A DNA stretch of 64,000 nucleotides from contig NW_002060945.1 in assembly GCF_000150275.1 (NCBI RefSeq), positions 7,755,684-7,819,683 on the forward strand, given 5' to 3'. The notes under the pieces were generated by a model. The model did not search any database, was not told the origin of the DNA, and was given only the letters and a program-made list of their open reading frames with translations. A program made the translations under genes and the position numbers. Shown one piece after another: positions 14,474-26,200 of this stretch. Source of the stretch: Trichoplax adhaerens. Lineage: Eukaryota; Animalia; Placozoa. Within the stretch, counting starts at the first letter, position 1. Each line of letters begins with the position of its first letter.

Positions 14474-17400
14474 CTATCCACAACCAGTTTTGCTGAGGAA
14501 GCAACATTTCATATCGAGACCATGCTGTTGACCTATAGGTAGCAAAAAGATCCGAGCAATATTAAACCAAGGCATATGTGGATTGATAAACTTGCAATCG
14601 AAATCAAGGTGATAATAATCTTTCTGATTCCAATCAATAGAGATGATTTGCATGGCAGTATCTTGATTTAGGCATTCTAAATCCATTTTCCTAAATTCGA
14701 TTTGGTATGGACCATTTTCTAATATAACTTGTTCAAGGCCCGACGCGGCAAGTTGAGTCACTTTTAATTTGGTTCGGACTTGATCTGCAATAGCTCTCTC
14801 ATCAGCATTTATTCTCGCTAATATCAGTTTTAAGTGAGTAGTATGCTTACTACTATGAATTTCAGATAGATAAGCTAATACTTTAACTTGCTGCTGATAA
14901 GTTGGATATAGTCGCTTAGAAACAAATTGCATGCTTGATCGAATATATGAATAAACAACATAATCGCATAAGTGATTGATTGCAAATACCAAGCAGTGAC
15001 GACCATCTTTATCCAATTTATAATTATATTTAATCTTTTCCATTTTGCACTTGCTTCCTTTATCATTTAGACAAACAATTCTGATAGGGATTTGGTTAAT
15101 ATCATCAAGCTGAAGGAGTTTACATAATTCACTAGTATTAGCAATAGGTACCTGAAGTAATACGGGATTATTTCCATTTGATTCTAATTGACAATAGTCT
15201 GGTTCTAGTCTTACAACGGGGGATAAGGGAATTAATTGGTAGCCTACATGATTATTCTCATACTGAGTTAGTAAATCAAGCATGTACGGTGGATCTGCGT
15301 AGTAGACAGTCATTGTTATTAAAGTATTGTCCGTCATTGACGGAGAATTTAGCTGTAGCCTTAATCCAGGCACTTGAGATAAAGTCATAACTTGGTTTTG
15401 ACCACTTCGACAAATTTTCGATACTTGTGGATAGCCATCAAATGCTAAAATTAACATCATATTTTGTTAGTTGAAATTATAATTAGAAAAGGAGCCGGAT
15501 ATTATAGTAGTCTTGGTTGTTGGAATAGTAACGGATCAATCTAACTAATGAAATGACTTAGGATAATATTAGATTCTATAGACGACTACAGTTATGGTAT
15601 TCAAATGCACACTGTGCGAGTACTTCTCTAATTTAAAATACTTACCGATCTCTTTTTCTGCTACTTCTTCAGTTATTGTGGTCATGGAAAATTTACGCCA
15701 TGACTGACCAGTGCTATGAGCTAAATTTTGCGCTAATAAAAGTATAAGATATCATGTTTAGCAGACCTAATGAACTCGCAGTAAAGCGAATGCAATTCTT
15801 ATAATCTTATCGTTAAGGCTAATTTAGTAGAATACTGGCGATAAAGATTTGATAAGCGTAATTGACTTGCAATAAATTGCATACAATGTTCATCATCATG
15901 TCGATAAGCATAACTTTGCTATGAAGAGGAACTTAAAAGATCTGTTAAATGTAATCGAGTTGCATCCTGTTATTACGCTCGTTTTTAAGAGGACTATAAG
16001 CAGCAAACCCCATTTACTTGTAGTAAAAGGTTATATTGCTTATAATCTTGTAATTAACTGCTGAAGAATTTAATGTGGAACCTAATAAATTAGATATATT
16101 ATTTATTATTTGTTTTTAAGCTCAGTATTCCTATAGCATTAAAACAATTAGCAAGTTTAACCAGCTCGTAGCAAGAGAAATCTGCCCTTGTAGTCTTATT
16201 ATAAAATTCAATTTCATATAACAGTATCATCAGCAGACCTGTTAAACGTAATTGACTTGCAACCAAATAAATGTAAGGCCTATAATTTTATTTATCGGGC
16301 TCAAGTTTGCATAATAGAGATGTTAAAGGCCTGATAAACGTAACTAGCTTTCAACAAAGTGATATAATACAAATAGCTGCTAGAACAACGGGATAAAGCT
16401 TTTATAGTAAAAGAAACTCCTATTGGAGAAGTACAAGGAAATTTAATTTTTATACAATACAAATAGCAGTAAGAATGGTGCAGTAAAACTTTTATAGTAA
16501 AGAAATTCCTGTTGGAAAAGAACCGACAAATTCAATTTTTATCTAATAATTGAGTTAAATTAGTGCGCCAAATTTCATCGTTTTTGTACATCATTCATGT
16601 AAATTTTTTATGATAGTTACCAGTAAATATTAATCTTCCCTAAGCTAACTCAGCACAATGGAAAATTTAATATCTACATCTACTGATGTGGCTAATCATC
16701 TATGTCTTATTACAGATGATAAAAACGTGGTATGGCTATTACCAAACCAAGCTCAAAATCAATTTCAAGAATACATAGAGCTTACCATTGCGATCTTTCC
16801 TTTCCTGTCCAGAGACTGACTCTATTAATAAATCTGCAGGTTCCGTTTGCCATTCTGGACATAAAAATTTTCCAATGTTAAAACAAATTTAGTAAACGAT
16901 AAGTAGTAAATGCAATATTCATTTGTAAACAAGTTAAACAATGTAAAAGGGCGTTGGAGTTAATATTAATACACTACTACTGTGCATTACCAAAGTAAGG
17001 TAATGGTTATCGAGAGGCCTACCTGGTTGCGTAAGCAATTCCTTCCTTCCTTTACTTGTAGACTGTGTATACGTAATTTGCTGATGTCGAGCTTTACTTC
17101 GAATCCTAGATGAAATTTGTTTGATCGCTTTAACCATTTGATAGTTGTGTTGTTTTTGATAGATTTGAGCAATATTATCGTAAATAGTTGTGACCAAGGA
17201 ATGATGAACTCCAAATAGTTGTACAGTGATAGCTAGAGCTTTTTGATACTTGGATAAAGCTTCATCATACTTGGCTTGATGTGAAAAAATACTACCCAAA
17301 TTATTATAGCAAACGGCAACATCGTAATGATTTGCTCCAACTAATTTTAATGTAATATCCAGACAATTTTGATACATAACGATAGCAAGATTGTATTTAT

Positions 17401-18223
17401 TCTGCTTAAAGTAGACATTACCAATGTTATTATACGAATTAGCAACATCTAAATGATGTAGACCCAATATTTTGATTCGGCTCTCCAATGCTTTCTCATA
17501 CATGGCAAGCGCTTTTTGATATTTCAATTCATCAAAATAAATGCTACCAATATTATTATAAGATGTTGCTATCAGTAGGTTATCCTTTCCTAACAGTTTC
17601 AGTGCTATACGTTGAAATTTCTGATACATTGATAGTGCAAATTGATAATTACATTGTTGGTAGTGGATATTTCCCATGTTATTGTAAAGGATAGCTACAT
17701 CTAAATGTTGATTTCCTAGCAATTTCGAATAGATATGCAATGATTTCTCATACGTTGTTAAAGCATCCTTATATTTGGCCAAGTCATAGTAGACGTTACC
17801 AATATTTCGATAGGAAATGGCAATATCGATATCGTGGTAATTGCCTAATAGCTGTAACTTAATATTTAGCGATCTTTCAAACATGGATAAGGCTCGATGA
17901 TATTTGGACTGATGATAATAGATACGTCCTATATGATCACAAGTTATTGCTACATCTAAATGATTATTCTCCAATATAATTAATTTAATGTCTAATGACT
18001 TATGATACATACAAAGGCCATCATCGAACTGCGATTGATGGTAATAAATATGCCCAATCTTGTCATAAATAACAGCAACCTCGATATGGCAGTTACCAAA
18101 TGATTCTAATTTAGAGGCTAATAATTTCTTATACTCATTCAATATTAGTTGAAGAGATCTTTGACCATTTTTTGTATGATCTTGGCTAGCTAAAGATTTA
18201 TTTATTGTAGATTCATTCTCCAT
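14474..18223 (-). CDS. TPR-repeat-ZU5-UPA-like fusion protein (no death domain)
   Basis: Exon 1 (18223-17023) encodes about 8 KLC-type TPRs and ends at a phase-1 donor, CCAG|GTAGGC. Two symmetric phase-1 exons follow, 16854-16786 (69 bp) and 15720-15646 (75 bp), both stop-free with AG/GTAAG ends. The last exon, 15444-14474, is paralogous to exon 8700-7742 (GYPQVS/GYPKVS, MTVYYADPPY, LSPVVRLEPD). Confidence 0.7.
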
Positions 18224-21200
18224 TGTGGATTGATCAGTAGTTCTTACTACCAGTTATTGTCGACGTTAATTTACTACAAATTACTATAACTCCAGTTATG
18301 CTGTCGATATTCAATTTCAGAATAAACTAAGACTGATCCGAATCCAATTATAGAATTTAGCTCCGGTGATTGTTGATTTCATCGACCCGTAGAAACAACA
18401 AATTTTGCAGTACCAAGGCGCAAACATAAGATTGAATAGAATTCTTGAACGAGTTTTGCTATAACTAGACCCAAGAGAAAGATTTATCGAAAAGATCTAT
18501 CGACTATTATCGTACTCCCAGGTATAAGATTCTTGTCACTCTTGTTAAAAATTGGCTAGAACTGTGTGATAAGTAGGCTATAATATTTACTTGATATTTA
18601 ATTGATTAACGAGTGGGTTAGATTTGAATCTTATAGGCTTATGACGAGTTGATTGTTATTCCTTAATCGACAATTGATTTTCGTTACATGAGCTCCGAGG
18701 AAAAAAATTTATTAGACATATCTAGCAACCATGTCGGATTCTTGCGGCTCGGAATATAAAATTGGGCTAATCTTGTAAGAAGCAAGTGCAAACTTTACCG
18801 ATGAAATATCAGTGTACCTATATATTTAATTCAGTGGTTACTGGACATTAACCTAAACTCAAATAGGATATGTACTATTCAATATCTTGAATCTTGGCTA
18901 AGCCAGTGATTTTATTACAACCAGGTAATATACAAGTATAGATTTATTTTGAAAAAATGATAAATTTGAATCAAAATTTTAATTGCCATAATTCCCTTTC
19001 CATGCTGTAGAAACATTGATTTGCAATCCAATTTGTATCGGTAAAACTTTTAATCCTAGTTAAGCCTGAAAATGTTGTTTCTGACTTAATCAGCTAATCG
19101 ATCTGATTATTTTTTTTATTATTCATAGCTGATATTAAGATGATAATCATAGAATGAGACTTAAACAACTCTATTTATTTTGTGGATGATTTTCAATCGC
19201 TGGTATACGGCCGAAAGTAAAGTTGTCAATTTCTTTCAAAGCCCCTATAATCGAGTTCTAAAATCAGAATGTATATGAGATTCCTAAAAATTATCCTGAC
19301 GCAATATTAGTCGATTTGATAGTTCTTGTAATATTAAATCAATAGCAGAAGAGGAATAGATCAATTAGTCATTTAGAAAATATCTATCTTCCTTCTACAA
19401 ATAGTAGATTTAGATTCAATTAGTTCTTATCCAATATTGATCAAATTAGGCTGTTTTCAGTATAACACTACATCCCAGTAGGATAGAAGATTAAATAACT
19501 TCTCTAATTGCCAGCAAGAATATTTGTCTCCTTTTCTAATATGATTAATTTCGCTTAGATAAAATTATTCTAAATCGGTTTCTCGATAAGTCTGGCTGTT
19601 CTTCGCATCGTACTCAAATTTATAGAAAATAGTAATAGATGATCAGTACCACTTTACCGAAGGTTAGTATTCTCTTAATTGATTATGAGTACAAGTCTGG
19701 GTATTTTTAATCTCAACAATATATGAATGATAAAGCAAATGCAGGAGCGATGATGGAGCAATTTCTGTGAAGGTCAATTTTCTATTATTCTTGTAATATG
19801 GATAACAAACTTGAATTAATTTGTCTGTATCAGGGATTAATCAAGCCTCATCTGTTCCCAATATTAAAATTAAAGAAAATGTTGAACAGAAGATAGTATC
19901 ATATCGTTAACAGTACATTTCGAATTCTGGCGTTCCAATTTAATGATGAGCATGAAATAAAAGTAGTCTAGTCCAAGGTTAATAATTTTTGACCATTTTC
20001 TTTCTATAAGCTATAAGAGTAGTAGAAAATAAGTAATATTCCTCTTACCGTTAATATTTTCCATTCGAGACAGGATGGATTATAATAAATTGAGTTACGT
20101 TCTTGAATAATATAATGAGAAGGGAAAGACTGAATTAAATACTATAGAGATATGGGATAGTATTTCAAGCACCAGCCGATGAAAGAGCTTTATTGATGGA
20201 TATTTTATAATGCCTCTCTTACCGATCGTCTACCGAGAAAAATTGCAATCTGCCAATGTTTGCACGTTGGATTAATAATGTCTAAGCTCTCTAAGAAATA
20301 GCTTATTGTCTTAAAAGCCATATCCTACTAAAATGGAATAATATCATATGATACTCCATCAATAGAACAAGTAATAATAAATTATCTTCAGCAATTAGCC
20401 AGAAATAAATTGGCGCCGTCATGCTGATCCTATCAATGTCTGTAAATTAATCCTTTTTAATAAGTACCGTTGCCTAGCATATTATAATTGCAGTCTTGAT
20501 GGAAAGAATAGAATTGATTTCATAACGTACGCATATTCAATGGTAACAGAGAATCAGAAGTGCGAGACAAGAACTATTCAGAAGACAGGATAATCCCATG
20601 TGAATGATGGATAATATTCAGCATAAGGCAATTAGTACCGCAGACATAGCAGCTGACAATTCAATTTTCAATCCCATTTCATGGAGATTGATTGCCTCTT
20701 CTATGCATAATGGATAATTGTCAGTACATTAATTTAGAAGAAAAGTGGACAATAATGAGAAAGAATCTGTGAGTAGTTTCATCACGAGTTTAATACTGAA
20801 AATCTTCGTAATGATGTTTTAATGTCAGCACCTACGTCATATTGCTGTTAAAATTATCTTGTAACCAGGTGTTTTAATTCATTCTTATTGGATAATTTAA
20901 TACTTAGCAGAGTAGATATTGACGCAAGATCAAGCAGACAATTTCATTATTTTATGATATCTACAGATAAAAACTTGCAAAAGAATCTCAACAATTAAAT
21001 TATTAAGAATCAGCCCATAGCAAAAGAGTCTATTCTAGGCTAGAAGTGCGATATTACACGGTACTGTATACATGTACCTAATTCATCGATAGTTGCTATC
21101 TATCCAATCTGATCTTGCTTAAGTCAAGTAGAATAGCTTATTTTCTAGGTGCTTACCCCAGCTAGAGTTTGACGCATAGTTTTGGTTTATAAATCTCTTC

Positions 21201-21349
21201 TAGAATATAACGGAATTATACTACATGTAGCTATTAGTTCATCGTATTTAATGATTCTATACTATTCCTATCGATTTTGTCTTGGCTTAACCAAGGGGAA
21301 TACTTTGTTTTCTACTAACTCGTTATCACTATAAGGTGCTGTCAAGTAC

Positions 21350-21735
21350 AGTACTTTAACGTCCTATACTTTAAATTAACAGTTTTAATCCAATCATATT
21401 GTTGCCTATCTTGTCATCGATAACAATCGACAATAATATTTTTTAAATATCCATTTACTTCTCGAAAGCCTCCATAAATTTATCGAAAAGTTCAGCTTCT
21501 TGACCTGAAAACAATAACTAACTTGGTATCATTATAGAGCCTTATCATATACTTTAACGCCCTATATTTTAAATTTACAGTTTCAATTTTAAAGAATATC
21601 ATAATCATATGACCCAATGTTATCTTGTCGTCATTGATAATAATTCATCAACAATAACATTTTTATCTATTTATCTATCTATTTCTCGAATCTTCCATAA
21701 ATTCATCGAATAGTTCAGCGCCTTAACTTGAAAAT
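21350..21735. repeat. Tandem duplication of about 200 bp carrying an exon-like segment
   Basis: 'tactttaacg.cctata.tttaaatt.acagttt' at about 21352 and 21550. 'tccataaatt.atcgaa.agttcagc' at about 21471 and 21694. Confidence 0.7.
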
Positions 21736-23248
21736 TATAGTTTTAATTTGAAATATGTTATCCGATACCAAGGGAAAAAATATAAAATTGTATTATATTC
21801 CACACAATGAATTCACAAGCATGCATGCAGTTATTAGATTATGCATATATATTATCAATCGTATGCATATGAAATATACAGTACTTGGAGCGAAGCGGTA
21901 GTGATAATGTTAAAGTAAACAGTACAGTCCAATTGCAGTACACGAGGTATCGCGAGTGAGGGTTTGTCTAGTAACTATACAGTACTTATTCGAATATAAT
22001 ATAGTACGTAGTGCAAAATAATCCTATTATTTTTCTATCATGTCTTGTTAAAAGGCCTCGATAGAGGATGTTAATACTGTATAGAAATACATAACTTGAC
22101 TAAAGTTATATAGAGAAATACGCAAACAGTGATTGAAATTGTTATCGCAGTATACTAACAGACCATTGCAGTACATGTCAATTGAAACTTGGAAGTTACG
22201 TCATAACCAAACGTTATGCGTATACTGCTCAAATCCGTTAATTTCATGATCCAAAAATAGAGAATCGCTCATGTATAAAACATCAATTATGTCTCATTAC
22301 CGTTTGTCTACCGATAATATTTTAGACTTGGTTGGTTGACAACATAATTAACGTTTATTATTCATTAACTAGTAGAATATTACGCCAGTTTATTCTCGTT
22401 GTGTTTTGGAAGTTTCTAGACTCGATACTATCTTTTTGTACAGACTCATACTTTTTTATTTCTGTCTTCAATTTGAAGTAACATAACAGGAAAATTGCTT
22501 AGTTGCACCTGTACAATTCCATTGCCGTGTTTAATAAATACGCGTATATGTACAAGCGGTAATAAATAGATTTCGTCAGTAACTGTAAATTTTATAGCAA
22601 TATTGCTACCAAAAAAAGTTAATATACAACTAGTGTGTTTCCATGGCTTAATTAAGACTTTCATAAAAAACATTTTATAACTACAGTGTCATTTTTACTA
22701 TGTAACCATAGTTATACTTGTCCTATTTTAAATCATGAAATCGTTTACGTAAGTTTCAGATAGCTTTATCGACAAGAGACATCTCGAAACAGCTTTACGC
22801 AACTCTGGTTGATATAATCTTACCGAAGCAATATTCGTTTGTTAATCTTAATATATATTTGGGCAAAACGAGAAACAAATTTCATTTAGATCTGAAAACG
22901 AGAGAAGTTCATCTCAATATCTTATAAACTTTTTTAGCTATGTGTGACAAATCAAGGATGTGCAATGCATTTTACAGTTTGTATCTACTAACATTATAAT
23001 AATTCTAAAAAGACTAACGATATTCGGTCTATAGATGTGAACAGATAACTAGCAAAGTATTGTGCTCGTAGATACCATTAAATCCAATCTGACTTATAAG
23101 CTACTCTATGATAGTAATTAATGAAAATTATTATAAAATATATTTTCTTGTTGCTGCAAATTATTCGTTGAGAAATTAAATGTACGCATTTCTAGTAACA
23201 CATTTACGTTTTCAGGACTATGAAAGGCACAAAAAAGTCTTAAATTTT

Positions 23249-26200
23249 TTATGTATTTCTGTCAAAGTTTTTGTGATACATAGGATTCTTGTAAGAAGTT
23301 GTGGCTCGAATATATACTGGATTTTCCTATCAGGATAGAAATGATTATTTTTCGCTTTAGTTTGTTAGACCAAATGTTGACAATGAATAATAACATCATG
23401 TAAGAACTGAAAAGTATGACAGAAAGGATATATTTAAGGAAAGAAACAAGAATATCTACGCTATAGTAAAATTCTAAACTTACCTGAATGCTGGCATTGA
23501 CCCATATTTTCTTAGTAAATTTTTGATAGTCAATCTTATCCTAACATAACACAAGAAGAGTAGATCATCTTTATCAGCGTGTGTAAGAGAAATCATTCAA
23601 TTTGGAATGTCTTATTACCTTTATAGTTACAGCTATTTTCCAAGCGATTAAACAAAGTAGGCCGAACCCGACAATATTTACCATTATACTGACGATAAGG
23701 ACCGACTGGCTGATAAATACAGGACAACCTAGTAATAAAATGTATAATAACAAATTTAAATTATCCTTTAGTGATAATTTTACTCTTAAATAAAGTACCG
23801 CATACTGGGCAACTTACTAACGCTTGTGAGTAAATTTCTATTTGTTTCGCCTTCGATAATAAACTTAAAGTAACAGGAACTATTGATGTCTTGCACATAG
23901 CAATACCATTCATCTAGCAATTAAAGAAGCATATTGAAATTAATATCTTTGATCGAATAGACCATAATCGGAGGCAAAAATTGCCTAAATAATTTCAAGA
24001 AGAATCTTTGACATAAATCAGAGCAACATAAATTTCTTCTATACAGTACTAGTTATTGCGGTTAGTTGGATAGGGAATATTCTTCTATAAGATTGTAGTA
24101 ACAGTAATGTAAGCAATACTTTCAGTACGACACTCACCTCTGGTATCTAACTCAGTCACATTAGTAATAGTAATATTGTTGCAGTAATCACTGCATACTG
24201 GTTGTTTGTGTAACCAACATGATAGACATTGCCCATGTACATCACATGCTGTCGGACAGAACTACGTAATATAATTTGGTATGATATTAATACAAGCTGT
24301 TAAATCGAAATTTTTGAATAATTCAAATTCAGATAAGTTTTATGGCAAATACCAGGCATGATTGGCATGTTTTTCCGTTATATCCACTTTTTGGATGACA
24401 ATCACAAGTACCACAGTTGCAATTACCTTTGCCATTACATATTTTCTATAAAATACATTGTCAGCGAAATAAGAATACAAGACAATAGTAAATTTTAATG
24501 TTGCAATGTAATGGTGTATATTTCTACATTTGATTTTACCCTACTCTTTGGATCTATACACTGAGCAATGGATAAGGTGCAACCACAGTCAATACCAGTC
24601 CAGCCATGGTTACATTTACATGTTCCACAGTCGCATCTTCCATGGCCTACAAAACAAAATATTTATGTTCGCAGACACGAAGTGATTGTTATTTGCACAA
24701 TATCATTTACGCCAGCAATATGCACCATTGAATTACTTTTAACTAATCTAGTAATTATCTGCTAAGCAGCGTGGAGCTAATTTGCTAAGTTCTTTTAGTT
24801 TGAAAGTTTTGATTGGCAGATGACAAAGAATCAAAGTTTGCATACAAAAGGTGGACTCAAGTTGAAGTAGAAGTATTTTATTACTACATAATATTCTAAG
24901 TTACTTAAAACAATGCAGTACTACTACATCATGCATTCGAATAGAACACAAAATTTTTAGTCGATCTGTCCGAAGCACAGTCATGCTATATAAATCATAA
25001 GTTAAATACGATGAAATTTTTCATGAGAAGTTACCGGAGCATAAATTGCCGTTTCTATCAGCAGGACACGTAAAGTTATCGCATTGACAGTACTTCCCAT
25101 ATATCAAGCCTCGGTCATCCTATAGTTTTATTCAAGTAACAATAAGTTCGCTGGTAAGCATTACTTACATTACGTAATCTAGGGCTTTCAATGACGCTTT
25201 TGTACAGTACAAGTCGTCCTATATTAGCACGAGATAGAATTTAAGCTCTACCAGTACCTGGTTACATTGACATTGTTGACAAACACAGTGGCCTCTATAA
25301 TTACAAGTACTATTATCTGTGCTAATAATATCGAAAATATAATATCACTACATAAATAATCATGTAGTCTTTTAAATTTGTTAGTACGTGCTCACGATTT
25401 TATGATTAACAATATGCTATAAAATTCGATAACTATTAGCTATCGCCAATAAGAAAGTTAAATGCAACTTACACATCGCAATCGCGGACAGTATTAGATA
25501 AACTTGCATCGCATTCACAGAAATCTCCGGATCTAGCATGACGACGAAATAGATGATCTCATTACTTGAAGCTATAGCATAACGAATAAGCCTACACCGA
25601 CCTTCCACGGTTACAATTGCATTGACCACAACGTAGTGTACCATTATATGAGCATTTTTCGCTGACAGTTGTCTATGAGATCGAATAATTGAAGATTTAA
25701 TTGTAATAATTGAAAAGATAATAGTTACATGATATAAAATCGTGTAATCCTCTTACATTTTGTAATAATTGAAAGATAATAGTTACATAATATAAAACCG
25801 TGTAATCCTCTTACATTTCTAGTACAACCACACCGACATAGATGTTCTATTTCCACAACTAAGTCTCCAACACCAACAACATGGACATTTATTCTAAATT
25901 CAACAATTAACATACTATTAGCAGTGGTTTTACATTTCAATTATTATTGTTACATTAGATCAAATGAGCTGAAATAGATCTCAAGGTTCCATAAGCGAAG
26001 ATTCAGAAAAAGTAGGATCACATTATTTTAGTATCTTAACTGGTATTATGCCAGACTTACTCATACGAAATATTTTCTGTCTTAGGACACTTTATTGCCT
26101 CAATGGTTACGTTGAATGTGGTCTTAAGCGATTAAAAGTTTTAGTTGTTGTATATTATTTAATTTTATAAATTGAAAAGATCTGTAATTGCTTACAATCA

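Noticed and set aside
16934-17022. C-terminal tail of the 429-aa TPR ORF as given in the ORF track
   Set aside because: More likely intron read-through. A phase-1 donor at 17022 links in frame to downstream exons, while the alternative phase-0 donor at about 16990 leads to a stop in the next exon.
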